From assembly GCA_963823335.1 (NCBI GenBank), contig CAWGLD010000005.1, forward strand, positions 96,001-160,000: 64,000 nucleotides of DNA, given 5' to 3'. This DNA is from an uncultured delta proteobacterium (lineage in GTDB: Bacteria > Desulfobacterota > Desulfobacteria > Desulfobacterales > B30-G6). The translations under genes were made by a program, and so were the position numbers. Of the stretch, positions 31,276 to 41,195 are shown piece after piece. Each line of letters opens with the position of its first letter. The first letter of the stretch is position 1. The notes under the pieces are model-generated. The model had not been told where the DNA came from, made no database searches, and saw nothing but the letters and a program-made list of their open reading frames with translations.

Positions 31276-31340
31276 GGGTGTAAGGGGTGGAGGGTTGGAG
31301 GGGACAGAAGGGTGTAAGGGGTGGAGGTTTGAAGGGGGCG
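31276..31340 (+). repeat. GGG-tract repeat (family B)
   Basis: Seven tracts of three or more G directly after the ADH stop; AAGGGTGTAAGGGGTGGAGG occurs twice. Confidence 0.75.
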
Positions 31341-31452
31341 GCATCCAGGTGCAAGCACTTAGGCATAGGGTTTCAGGCTGAAATGTCTTGTGCCGAATCC
31401 GAGCAGTTCGTGAAAATTGCAGGTTAGATCTGAAACTACTATACGGTATACT

Positions 31453-31505
31453 CCCCCTCCAACCCTCCGACCCTCCAACCCTCCAACCCTCAATCCCTCC
31501 AACCC
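31453..31505 (-). repeat. 8-bp tandem repeat (CCCTCCAA)n, GGG tracts on the minus strand (family B)
   Basis: About six units with 8-nt period. Confidence 0.8.
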
Positions 31506-31570
31506 TTTTTAATTTCATCAATGATCCAGTGGGTTAATGACCACTATAGCTATAACCGCTGCCGTCACTT

Positions 31571-32638
31571 CTACAAAAGCCCCCTCTTCTGGGCCATAAG
31601 GAACATCTGCTCTGCCGTATTTACGGGCGGTAATCGTAGTGTGCCCTCGGGTTTTGCTATCAGCTTTATGGCTTCAACCGGGCAGGTTGTCACACACAGA
31701 CCACAACCAATGCACCGATCCGGTATCACCTGGGCCAGTTCATCGTCGTTCATGAAGATGGCCGTCATCTGGCAGCGCTCCAGGCACTGTTCACACCCCG
31801 TGCATTCATCGCTATCAACTCTTGCCAGGTGATTAGAAAAAACCATCTCAGCCGGTTTGGGATGTTTGTTCAAGGCCTTGAGCACTCCACAACAATCGCC
31901 GCAGCAGTTACACATGCCGGAAGGGTTTTGAGAGGTGGCAGGCTGGGTGACCAGACCGGCATCCCGGCAGTTTTCCAGGATGGTGGTGGCTTCCTCGAGA
32001 GAAACCTCCCGGCCCATATCCTTGTCAAGATAGTACTGGCCCATGGAGCCGAACATAAAGCAGGCTTCCAAGGTTTTTCCACAACCTTCATTTAAGACCT
32101 TTTTCCTTTTGCGACAGATGCAGTCCGTTACAACGATACTGGGTTTGGTTTTAAGAATTTCAATGGCATCATCGTAGGTTGCCACCTGATGGGTCACCTC
32201 AATCGATTGGTTGACGGGAATGGTGCGCAGAAAATATTGGGCATTCTCCAGCATGGCTTTGTCAAAGGCTTCTTCGAAATATTCCTCAACCATTTTGGCC
32301 AGCTCAGGCTCGATATTCTTAACCTGGAACTCAAACAGACCGTGAACAAAGGGAATGGCGGCATACCTGGGGTTGTTCCCTTTGTTTACCCGGAAAACCA
32401 ACCCTTTATCTGTCATATCTTCAAGTTGAGAAGCAACTTCCGCTGCGGGTCGGTTCAGGTCTGTAGCGATGGAAGATGCTGTTGCCAGGTTGTGTGTCAA
32501 TGCCAAAAACATACGCGCGTTGTCTTCGGAAAAAAGATAGCGCAAGATTTTAATTTCGATACCCGATTCTGCCGCGGGAAAACCCATGGAGTACTGGTCG
32601 AGTCTTTCCTGAAGCTGCCGATAGATGTTTTCTGTCAT
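31571..32638 (-). CDS. 4Fe-4S dicluster protein
   Basis: CICRK, CNCCGDCC and two CxxCxxCxxxC motifs. Confidence 0.85.
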   Translation of the reverse strand: MTENIYRQLQERLDQYSMGFPAAESGIEIKILRYLFSEDNARMFLALTHNLATASSIATDLNRPAAEVASQLEDMTDKGLVFRVNKGNNPRYAAIPFVHGLFEFQVKNIEPELAKMVEEYFEEAFDKAMLENAQYFLRTIPVNQSIEVTHQVATYDDAIEILKTKPSIVVTDCICRKRKKVLNEGCGKTLEACFMFGSMGQYYLDKDMGREVSLEEATTILENCRDAGLVTQPATSQNPSGMCNCCGDCCGVLKALNKHPKPAEMVFSNHLARVDSDECTGCEQCLERCQMTAIFMNDDELAQVIPDRCIGCGLCVTTCPVEAIKLIAKPEGTLRLPPVNTAEQMFLMAQKRGLL

Positions 32639-32820
32639 AGGATCCTCTTTTGTTGTTAGTGATTTTCCGCCGCTGATGTTAGAAGCCCTTGAGGCGAGAT
32701 CACACAGCGCCGGCGGATTATTGATTTCGTGTTCACTGAATTCAGAAAGCCGAGTTACACCAAAGTTGAGCGATTGTCGCGCTTGCCGACACTACAGTGC
32801 CCATCTGCTTGATCCCTTGA

Positions 32821-32940
32821 AACCTCGAACCCTGGTCAGCCTTTTAGCAGTTCTGACTGTAGACTGTTAGGGGTTTTTAGCTCACTGCCGTCAACCACCC
32901 TCCAACCCTTTTACCACCCTTGTATCACCCTTGAACCCTT
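32821..32940 (-). repeat. composite GGG-tract element (family B, about 120 bp)
   Basis: Inverted copy of 29255-29374; begins just after the Dabb stop. Confidence 0.8.
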
Positions 32941-32942
32941 TC

Positions 32943-33287
32943 CTACCAGGTGCCAATGTCTTGTTCGGGTGTCTTTTCCTTTAAGTCGCTGGCATCCGTT
33001 CCCATAAAATCGACGCTAAATACACTCTCAGAGATAGCGTGTATTTTTTTCAGAATGGTTTGATGGTCCGGGTGGACCTGGTAGCGTTGCAGGGATTCGA
33101 GATTGGCAAACAGGGATATGAGTGCAAAGTCATAAGATCGGTCGGAATGGATGATATCCCGTCCGAATTCATAACTGTGGATTTCTACTATCTTGTTAGG
33201 CAGTTCCTCGAGATGATTTTCAAGATCCTGGATATCTTTTTCGGGTGCGTCTTTCTTGAATTTTATCAGAACGATGTGGTTGAGCAT
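32943..33287 (-). CDS. Dabb-family stress-responsive alpha/beta-barrel protein
   Basis: HIVLIKFK, YDFAL, YQVHPDH. Confidence 0.85.
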   Translation of the reverse strand: MLNHIVLIKFKKDAPEKDIQDLENHLEELPNKIVEIHSYEFGRDIIHSDRSYDFALISLFANLESLQRYQVHPDHQTILKKIHAISESVFSVDFMGTDASDLKEKTPEQDIGTW

Positions 33288-33541
33288 GGTTTCTCCCTTG
33301 TGCAATGTCGGTTATATGTTCAATTACCTGATACGGGGCGGACTGACCCGGCTGAAAAGAGGGTGTTTTTGGTAGATTTAATAAAAAACTTGAGATTTTG
33401 GCCGTGTCATGGCATCTAAATGGCATATTTATAGTCCCTGTAAAAACCATCGATCGCGTCAGCTGTCTGTAAAAGCAGGCGACACAATAACACAGGATCC
33501 CGCAGCATTCACCTGAAAAGTGAAAAAGGTGCCTATTTGTG

Positions 33542-34468
33542 ATGACAAAAAAAACCATGCTCTACGACCTTATTGATGTCAGCGACCCCGAGACTGTTTT
33601 AAATGAAATAAAACAAATTCTTGCGCTGACGGTTGAAGGGTTTGATCCATCAAGGCTTGAAATGATTTATGGGGATGTTGTCACCCTTTTCAAAGGGAAA
33701 TATCCGGGTTACCGGGCCAGCAACACCAAATACCATGACCTTGAGCACACCAATTCCGTGGCCTTAGCCGCAGCCCGTCTCATTCATGGCTGTACACTCG
33801 CCGGGATGGCGTTCCATGCGGACAACTTGCTGTTGGGTGTCTACTCGGCACTGTTTCACGATGTGGGATTGATTCAAACCAAAGATGACAAGGTGGGTTC
33901 CGGGGCAAAATACACAGTGGGTCATGAAAAACGGTCCATTCTGTTCATGCGAAAATACTTGTCGCAAAAAGGCTTTCCAGACCAACAGATCGATGATTGC
34001 TCCCACCTGATAATGTGTACCATTCTAAATCTCCCACCCAAAGAAATCCCCTTTAAATCACCGGAGATTGAAACACTCGGGAAAATTGTGGGTACGGCAG
34101 ACTTGATGGCCCAGATCGCGGACAGGTACTATATCGAGAAACTCCTGCTGCTGTTTCAAGAGTTCCAGGAGGCTGGGATTCCTGATTTTGCAACCGAACT
34201 CGATCTGCTAAAAAAGACGGAAGGGTTTTATAAGTATGTCGCTACACAGAGACTCGCCCATGATTTCAGCGGTGTCTCCATCAACATGCATGCCCATTTC
34301 AAACAGCGCTGGGGAGTAGAAAAGGACCTGTATTCGGAGTCAATTCAAAAAAATATCGAGTACCTAAGAACCCTGCTGGAGCGTGCGGGAGACAGCATTG
34401 TTTCTGTCAGGGAGAACCTGAAAAGAGGTGTCTCTAATATGAATGGAGACGATAGGTCCGAGATCTGA
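33542..34468 (+). CDS. HD-superfamily metal-dependent phosphohydrolase
   Basis: YHDLEHT, LFHDVG, HEKRS, TADL. Confidence 0.75.
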   Translation: MTKKTMLYDLIDVSDPETVLNEIKQILALTVEGFDPSRLEMIYGDVVTLFKGKYPGYRASNTKYHDLEHTNSVALAAARLIHGCTLAGMAFHADNLLLGVYSALFHDVGLIQTKDDKVGSGAKYTVGHEKRSILFMRKYLSQKGFPDQQIDDCSHLIMCTILNLPPKEIPFKSPEIETLGKIVGTADLMAQIADRYYIEKLLLLFQEFQEAGIPDFATELDLLKKTEGFYKYVATQRLAHDFSGVSINMHAHFKQRWGVEKDLYSESIQKNIEYLRTLLERAGDSIVSVRENLKRGVSNMNGDDRSEI

Positions 34469-34512
34469 AAAATTCCTCCATTCCTAAAGACGAACGTCCA
34501 ACATCGAACCTC

Positions 34513-36159
34513 TCAACTTTCTGCCCGTCGACTTTCTTCGTCTCTGATCTCGCGTCGCAGGAGTTTTCCGACCTTGGATTTTGGAAGCATGTCTCTGAAC
34601 TCGATGTATTGGGGAACCTTATAACTCACCAGGGTTTTTCGGCACCAGGTAATCAGGTCGTAGCCGGTGATACCCTTGATGTCCTCCTTGAGTACCACGT
34701 AAGCCTTGATTCTTTCGCCCACCCGTTCGTCGGGAACTCCAACCACACACGCACTGATGACTGCCGTATGCTCTTGCAGGACCGATTCGATTTCGCTGGC
34801 GGAAATTCGGTATCCCTTGTGCTTGATGGTGTCGACGGTTCGATCGACAAAATATAGGTTCTCTTCTTCGTCCATCATCATAATATCAGCAGTGCGATAC
34901 CAGGTGGTCCCATCCAGTTTCACAAAGGACTGGTGGGTTTCTTCCGGTTTATTCAAATACTGGGCGACCATGGGGTCTGATGAGACGAGTAATTCCCCCG
35001 GTGTTCCTGTTTTTACAGGTTCCAGAAAGGCAGGGTCCACGATTTTAATCTGTTTGCTTGCTAAAACACGTCCAACACTTTTGGGTGGATTCTTGATATT
35101 TACAGGACACATGGCTACGCCACCGCAGGTTTCCGTGGCACCATAGCCTTGAAAAATATGTTGTCCAAAATGCTGGTGCCAGCGATTACCCACTTCCACC
35201 GGCAAGACATCACCGGCACTGAACCAGTATTTAACCGATTCCAGGTGATATTGATCCAGCCGTTCGTGTTCCAACATCATGCGGTAGAGTGCCGGGACCC
35301 CGATCATTGTTTTGGCCTTGAATCGGCCGATAGCGTCGAGGGTTGCGTCCAGATTGACACGCGGCTGCAGCATGAGTGTCCCGCCGACAAGGAGTGTCGC
35401 CAGGCCACAGGTCTGGCCGAGAATGTGAAAAAGGGGTGCATTGCCCATGATAACATTTTCCTGGGGAGGAAAAAGGGGGCTGGAAATTTGAATCTGCTCA
35501 AGGGCTGATTTCAGGAAAAGATGCTGACTCATGGGAACGCCTTTTGGAAATTTGGTGGTCCCACCGGTGTAGAGAATCTGGGCTGTAACGCCTCCCTTAA
35601 GCTCTTCAGGTGTCGTCCTCTTGAACTGATCGGGTGCATATTGTGCCAAAAGGTTTTTAAGGGAATAGGTATTTTTATCGAGCGCTATTTTCCCTCTGGG
35701 AACGATATCGAACAAATAACCGAAAAACCGCTTCCATATCGGTAGAAGGTCGGCCATCCTGGCGATGATCACGCGACTGATGTTGGTTTCCGGGAGTACC
35801 TGTTTGACATATCCGAAATTGGTATCCGCACAGACAATGGCATCTGCTTCGCTGTCCGTGGCGATATACCGGACGTCACTGGGGGTGTAAATGGGTGTTA
35901 TGGGAACACAGACGGCATTGACATGCTGAATTCCCAACCAGGCCACGACCCATTGGATACTATTGGGAAGATAGATCATTACCCGTTGCCCTTGTCTGAT
36001 GCCTATTTCCGTAAGGGCCGCTGCAAAGCTCCGGGACATCTGATCAAGCCTGCGATAAGAATAGCGCGTACCGAGATAGATGACGGCGGTATTGTTCCCG
36101 TATGTTTCAACTGTTTGGCGAAATTGATCGATGATGTGGTGCGTTGTTGTTGATTCCAT
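34513..36159 (-). CDS. acyl-CoA ligase (AMP-binding)
   Basis: YTGGTTKFPKGV, GYGATE, YRTAD, LPKSKVGKLLRR. Confidence 0.9.
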   Translation of the reverse strand: MESTTTHHIIDQFRQTVETYGNNTAVIYLGTRYSYRRLDQMSRSFAAALTEIGIRQGQRVMIYLPNSIQWVVAWLGIQHVNAVCVPITPIYTPSDVRYIATDSEADAIVCADTNFGYVKQVLPETNISRVIIARMADLLPIWKRFFGYLFDIVPRGKIALDKNTYSLKNLLAQYAPDQFKRTTPEELKGGVTAQILYTGGTTKFPKGVPMSQHLFLKSALEQIQISSPLFPPQENVIMGNAPLFHILGQTCGLATLLVGGTLMLQPRVNLDATLDAIGRFKAKTMIGVPALYRMMLEHERLDQYHLESVKYWFSAGDVLPVEVGNRWHQHFGQHIFQGYGATETCGGVAMCPVNIKNPPKSVGRVLASKQIKIVDPAFLEPVKTGTPGELLVSSDPMVAQYLNKPEETHQSFVKLDGTTWYRTADIMMMDEEENLYFVDRTVDTIKHKGYRISASEIESVLQEHTAVISACVVGVPDERVGERIKAYVVLKEDIKGITGYDLITWCRKTLVSYKVPQYIEFRDMLPKSKVGKLLRREIRDEESRRAES

Positions 36160-36162
36160 GAA

Positions 36163-36909
36163 TCATATCCCAAAGTAAGCAGCTTTGATTTCAGGGTTTT
36201 GCATGAGCTCTTCACCGGTTCCCATGAGGGTCAGCATACCGTTTTCCAGGATATAGCCGCGATCGATGACGGGGAAAACCGGGCGGGCAAATTGTTCGCA
36301 CAGGACGACGGTTATGCCACTCTGCCTGTTCAGGCAGACGATGGCATCGATCAGAGTGTTCTGCATCATGGGGCTCAAGCCCAGAAGCGGCTCATCGAGG
36401 AGCAGCAGTTCAGGTTTTACGATAAGCGCCATCCCGATGGCCAGCATCTGCTGTTCCCCGCCACTTAAAAACCCGGCCTTCTTTTTTTTGAGGGCCACCA
36501 GGGCCGGGAACAACTGAAACGCAAAATCAATACCATCCCTGACTTCCTGCTTGCGGCGAAGAAAACCGGCGATTTTAAGGTTTTCAAGAACACTGCTTTC
36601 CGGGAAGATGGGATGACGCTCACGTGAGAGCACAATACCTCTCTTGACACGTTCACTGGGCTTGGTTTGGGTAATATCCCGCCCCCGGTAGACAATATTC
36701 CCATATACAGTGATCCGTTCGCCGCCTTTTCTCTTTTCTTTGATCTGCATGTCGATAATGAGACCGGAAAGGGTGTTCATTAGGGTTGTTTTGCCGGCAC
36801 TGTTGGGCCCTACGACACCTACGAACTCGCCATCGTTTACCTGGAAACTGAAGTCATTCAAGGCAATGGCGTTTTCGAAAAAGACGATCAGATTTTTTAC
36901 GTCGAGCAT
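36163..36909 (-). CDS. Liv-type ABC ATPase (LivF-like)
   Basis: GPNSAGKTT, LSGGEQQM, LLDEP. Confidence 0.88.
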   Translation of the reverse strand: MLDVKNLIVFFENAIALNDFSFQVNDGEFVGVVGPNSAGKTTLMNTLSGLIIDMQIKEKRKGGERITVYGNIVYRGRDITQTKPSERVKRGIVLSRERHPIFPESSVLENLKIAGFLRRKQEVRDGIDFAFQLFPALVALKKKKAGFLSGGEQQMLAIGMALIVKPELLLLDEPLLGLSPMMQNTLIDAIVCLNRQSGITVVLCEQFARPVFPVIDRGYILENGMLTLMGTGEELMQNPEIKAAYFGI

Positions 36910-36911
36910 AT

Positions 36912-37664
36912 CTACCTTTCTGAGCCCAGATAGGCATTTTTGACCTCTTCGCTGGCCATGACTTCTTGTGCGGTTCCCTGGGCAATTTTGCGCCCGAAGT
37001 TAAGCACCATTATTCTGTCGGCAATACGAAAAAGTTCCTTCAGGCGGTGTTCAATCATGACGATGGTTTTGCCTTGTTGCCGCAGTTTTTCGATAATGGG
37101 AACAATGCTGGCGACTTCGGCAAGGCTGAGACCCGAAAACAGTTCATCGAGGATGATCAGATCAGGCTGCAGGGCAATGGCCTTTGCCAGTTCCAGGCGT
37201 TTTAAATAGCCCTGGGGCAGGGCGCCGGCCGGTTTGTAGGCCACATATGAATCTCTTTCAAAACCCACCTCCTCCAGCAGGTCCAGGGCAACGGCATCGC
37301 GGTCTCCATACCGGCCACCTATCATTTGTTTTACACGGGGCGAGTAGAGCGGTATGATCATGTTTTTGAATGCAGGCAACTGGTAAAACGGCCGAACCAT
37401 TTGAAACGTTCGGGCGATACCCAGCTGAATAATCTTGTGGGCCGCCATGCGGGTAATATTTTGACCGTTGCAGAGGATTTTTCCCGAAGTCGGTTTGACA
37501 AAACCTGTCATCAGGTTCACAAGGGTGGTTTTACCCGACCCATTGGGGCCGATAATGCCCAGAAGTTCACCGCGTTTTATGATACAGTCCAGTTCGAAAA
37601 CAGCTGTGACGCCGCCAAACACTTTGGTGAGTTTTTGAATTTCGATGATGTTACCTGTCGACAT
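36912..37664 (-). CDS. Liv-type ABC ATPase (LivG-like)
   Basis: GPNGSGKTT, GIARTFQ, AYLG. Confidence 0.88.
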   Translation of the reverse strand: MSTGNIIEIQKLTKVFGGVTAVFELDCIIKRGELLGIIGPNGSGKTTLVNLMTGFVKPTSGKILCNGQNITRMAAHKIIQLGIARTFQMVRPFYQLPAFKNMIIPLYSPRVKQMIGGRYGDRDAVALDLLEEVGFERDSYVAYKPAGALPQGYLKRLELAKAIALQPDLIILDELFSGLSLAEVASIVPIIEKLRQQGKTIVMIEHRLKELFRIADRIMVLNFGRKIAQGTAQEVMASEEVKNAYLGSER

Positions 37665-38655
37665 CGACCCACCTTTCTACCTGCTGATATTTTCGTTGAA
37701 GATAATGAAAGAGACCTTCGGGTATGGCAACGATAAAAACTACCAGACAGAGTCCATACAGCACGATTCGCAAGCCTCCGATACCGCGCAGCAACTCCGA
37801 CAACGGTACCAGAATGGTTGCTCCCAGCATGGCCCCGGCAAACGAGCCGACACCTCCGACAACGGCGGAAGCAATGGGCATGATGGAATAGTCCAGGGCA
37901 AAAACCGGCATACCCACAAACATGTATACATGGGTCATATATGCCCCGGCAAAGGCGCCCACCGCACTGGACAGAAAAAGCGCCTGGGCTTTGAACCAGT
38001 AAATATTGATGCCGGCATTGGTGACGGATCTGTCGTTGTCACGGATACCTTTGAGGACAAGTCCATAGTCCGAAGCCATCAGCCGGCGAAAACCGAACAG
38101 GACCGATAATGTGGCGATGATGATCAGATAGAGCTCCAGCCATCCGGACGGCAGCGGGCTCATACCGCTCAAACCCTCTGTGCCGCCGAAAACTTTGGTC
38201 GCTTCGATGGTCCGTACCAGCATCAGGGGCAGGATCAGCGTAAACATGGAGAAGTAGATGCCCCTCAAACGAAGAACCGGCAGAAGAATAAGTGTACAGA
38301 TGAGACCCCCGAATACCGTGGCCAGGGGTATGGCGATCAAGGGGTGAATTCCCCACGTGTGGTTGATGACGCCTGATATATAGGCTCCCATGCCGAAGAA
38401 AAGGGCTTGCCCTAAAGAAATCATACCGCTTTGCGCCAACAGGTCCCAGCTGATCGCCAGCATGGCGAAAACTGCCAGCGAGATCATGACACGCTGCCAA
38501 TAGGGGCTCAGAAAAAGCGGCAGCAGTAGAAAGAGAATGACCGGCAGCAGCCGTGGTCCTGCCACATAGAGCATTTCACGCCAGGAGCTGAGAGCGAAAA
38601 TATCTCCCGATCTGGCTTTGATACCCCGGTCGATCCGTTCCTTACGTTTTTTCAA
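37651..38655 (-). CDS. Liv-type ABC permease (LivM-like)
   Basis: G.ISLGQA.F.G.GAY, LRLRGIYF; TTG start. Confidence 0.85.
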   Translation of the reverse strand: MKKRKERIDRGIKARSGDIFALSSWREMLYVAGPRLLPVILFLLLPLFLSPYWQRVMISLAVFAMLAISWDLLAQSGMISLGQALFFGMGAYISGVINHTWGIHPLIAIPLATVFGGLICTLILLPVLRLRGIYFSMFTLILPLMLVRTIEATKVFGGTEGLSGMSPLPSGWLELYLIIIATLSVLFGFRRLMASDYGLVLKGIRDNDRSVTNAGINIYWFKAQALFLSSAVGAFAGAYMTHVYMFVGMPVFALDYSIMPIASAVVGGVGSFAGAMLGATILVPLSELLRGIGGLRIVLYGLCLVVFIVAIPEGLFHYLQRKYQQVERWVDVDR

Positions 38656-38659
38656 GGTG

Positions 38660-39532
38660 TCATATCCTTTCTTCCAATTCCTTTTGTTGCCCGAACAGAC
38701 CGGATGGTTTTATCACTAGAACAATCAGAATAGCGATCAGACTGACGATCATGGTCCAGTGTGATCCGAAATAGGTATCGGTGAATCGCTCTGCGAAACC
38801 GATGAGAAAGCCAGCGGCAATAACACCGCCCGTACTTCCCAAGCCACCGATAATACAGACGGCCAGCGCTTTGATGAGGACATCGTACCCTTCGCTGGGT
38901 GAGATACTACCCAGGGGAATGATGATCGTGGCGGCGATTGCGGCAAGACCGGCCCCCAGGGAAACACTCAATGTTGCAATCCAGTCCGAATCGATGCCAA
39001 AGGTCAAAGCGGTTCGCTCATCCTGGGCAATCCCACGAAAGGCGAGGCCGATTGAGGTGTGGTGGGTGAAGAGCCACAGCGAGACAACGAGCAGGAAACC
39101 CAGGACGACAATGAAGATCCGTTGCATGTCGATATATGTTCCGGCAATCATAAAGCTGTGATCGAAAAACACCGGCAGGGTATATTCGAAACCAACAAAT
39201 CCGAGGTAGCGGAAAATCTCGAGGATCGCTAAACCGATGCCGAAGGTGGCGATGACTTCCGACAATGCCTGGCCGCGCACCCTCAGAAGGACCAGCCGAT
39301 ACATCAGCGCTCCGAAAAGGGTGGTGGCGAGTATGGACAATATAGCCGATGGGAAAAAGGGGAGCCCAATCAGATTCATCAACATCCAGCTCAGGTAGGC
39401 AGACAGGACATAGAGGGCGCCATAGGCAAAATTGGCAACACCACTGATACCAAACGTCAGATTGAATCCAATGGCCAGCAGTATCAGAGTGAAACTGTTG
39501 ACGATTGCGTAAACCAGGGTTCCTGTAAACAT
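38660..39532 (-). CDS. Liv-type ABC permease (LivH-like)
   Basis: AIGFNL.FG..GVANFAYG, IIGGLGS, KPSGLFG. Confidence 0.88.
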   Translation of the reverse strand: MFTGTLVYAIVNSFTLILLAIGFNLTFGISGVANFAYGALYVLSAYLSWMLMNLIGLPFFPSAILSILATTLFGALMYRLVLLRVRGQALSEVIATFGIGLAILEIFRYLGFVGFEYTLPVFFDHSFMIAGTYIDMQRIFIVVLGFLLVVSLWLFTHHTSIGLAFRGIAQDERTALTFGIDSDWIATLSVSLGAGLAAIAATIIIPLGSISPSEGYDVLIKALAVCIIGGLGSTGGVIAAGFLIGFAERFTDTYFGSHWTMIVSLIAILIVLVIKPSGLFGQQKELEERI

Positions 39533-39583
39533 ATTTGAAATATTTCCGTGAAATATTTTAAAAACTTCAAAAATCTAAAAGCA

Positions 39584-39700
39584 ATCACGAAACCACGAAA
39601 TCTGAAACCACGAAAAATTTATGATCTTTTTCGTGGTTTCGTCTTTTCGTGTTTTCGTGATAAGAGATCCTTTTTTCTTTCGGTTTATGCGGGTTGAGGC
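39584..39700. repeat. CACGAAA inverted-repeat element (family C)
   Basis: Three CACGAAA units inverted against TTTCGTG units, then a tail TTCGGTTTATGCGGGTTG; truncated copy at about 28555-28601. Confidence 0.65.
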
Positions 39701-39708
39701 TCTGGTAT

Positions 39709-40989
39709 CTACTTCAATGATTTCAACCCCTCTGGGAGCTGGATTTTTCCTTCGGCGATACTTTCTGGAAAAACGATGACCCGGTTTCCATCCGCTGTCC
39801 ACTGGAATACGGTTGAAAGACATGTTTCTGCGGGATCGAATCCAAATACCGCCTGATGACCTTCATCGTATCGGATACGGCCCATGACGCCCATTCGATC
39901 TGTTTTTTCCAGTTCCGCCACGATAGCATCGGGATCGGTACTGCCTGCACGTTCAATGGCTTCCTTGAGAACATATACGGACTCATAAGCAGGCGCCGGT
40001 CCATGGCCGGCCTGAATTTTTTTCCCGTATTTTTTTTCGTAATTTGCATAAAAGGCTACGGAGGCCGGAATTTTATCCGAAGCGATGGCGCTGCCCATTT
40101 CAAAAATGGTATTCATGGAACCGGCTATTTTGCCGTCGAAGGTGTTCCATGCATCGGATCCAGCCAACGGTGAAATAAACCCGGCCAGAATCGCCGGTAC
40201 CTTCATGCTATTCCATTGTTTGACCAGGGTTCCGCTTTGGGGCATGTCGAATATGGGCATAATCACCTGGGCACCCATCGCCCTGGCTTTCATCAGACTC
40301 GACGAGAAATCAGATGTCCCGGTGGGAAAGCTTTCCTGTCCCACAATGGTCCATCCGGCCTTGTCGAAGAACATTTTCTGAGTAGCTCCGGCTGTGCCAC
40401 GCGCCCAGGCAACATCCTGGTGCATGACATAGACTTTGTCGAACCCGAACTCCTTGTTGATGGCGGTCATGGTGCCTGCCAGGTATTTGACGAGATGTAC
40501 GGCGTTGAGGCAGGTTCTGAAGACATATTTGTACTTTTCCGGGTTTTCCTTGATCATTTTTTCAGAATTGGGGGCCATGGCGATGGTTCCCAGAAGGGGA
40601 ACCTTGTATTTGGCGATAATTTCCATTCCGGCGAAGAGGGCCTCCGAACGGAACGGGCCCACCACGAGAGCCGCGGGTTTCTTTTCCAGAATAATTTTCT
40701 CCAGACCGAGTAAGGCCTCCGGCACGGGTACGCCGGGTGCGGCATCTCTGAGGTCGATGGATTCGACTTTGAGGTTTCTCTTGGTCGCGCCAACGGAGAC
40801 GCCACCGGCCGCATTAATCTCTTCCACGGCCATTTCCACGGCCTTGATGGACTCCTTGCCTTCCAAAAAGCCCAAAGAGGTGGGGACACCGACGACAATT
40901 GGTTCGGCCGCGTAAGCCATGGGAACACAGGTTGCAAAAATCAATAAAACCGCAATAGCGATACCTGGAAATTTTTTTTCTCTCTCCAT
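39709..40989 (-). CDS. Liv-type ABC substrate-binding protein
   Basis: Signal peptide, MAVEEINAAGG, AIERAGSTD. Confidence 0.88.
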   Translation of the reverse strand: MEREKKFPGIAIAVLLIFATCVPMAYAAEPIVVGVPTSLGFLEGKESIKAVEMAVEEINAAGGVSVGATKRNLKVESIDLRDAAPGVPVPEALLGLEKIILEKKPAALVVGPFRSEALFAGMEIIAKYKVPLLGTIAMAPNSEKMIKENPEKYKYVFRTCLNAVHLVKYLAGTMTAINKEFGFDKVYVMHQDVAWARGTAGATQKMFFDKAGWTIVGQESFPTGTSDFSSSLMKARAMGAQVIMPIFDMPQSGTLVKQWNSMKVPAILAGFISPLAGSDAWNTFDGKIAGSMNTIFEMGSAIASDKIPASVAFYANYEKKYGKKIQAGHGPAPAYESVYVLKEAIERAGSTDPDAIVAELEKTDRMGVMGRIRYDEGHQAVFGFDPAETCLSTVFQWTADGNRVIVFPESIAEGKIQLPEGLKSLK

Positions 40990-41106
40990 GATGTCCTCCT
41001 TTGTTTTTGGGAAATTTCAGATGGTTTGATTTTAAGTCGTATTGAAGAGCTGAATGCGTTTTTTATCCCGGGTGAATCGTTTTGTCAATTGCATTTATCC
41101 GAAAAA

Positions 41107-41120
41107 TTGATTTAAGTCAA
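41107..41120. promoter_or_regulatory. FNR/DNR-like (Crp/Fnr family) box upstream of cooS
   Basis: TTGAT-TTAA-GTCAA versus consensus TTGAT-N4-ATCAA. Confidence 0.55.
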
Positions 41121-41195
41121 TTGCTTTGTGTACTACAATGTCGTAATAGTAACTCATGCACCTAATAAACACAAACCAGTCAGGGAGGTAAGGAT

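Noticed and set aside
31276-31505. Possible CRISPR array in the repeat-rich intergenic region
   Set aside because: Period is 8 nt with no unique spacers, and there are no cas genes
32665-32720. Riboswitch upstream of the 4Fe-4S gene
   Set aside because: Only a single bulged hairpin (TCCGCCG...CGGCGGA); no known aptamer consensus recognised
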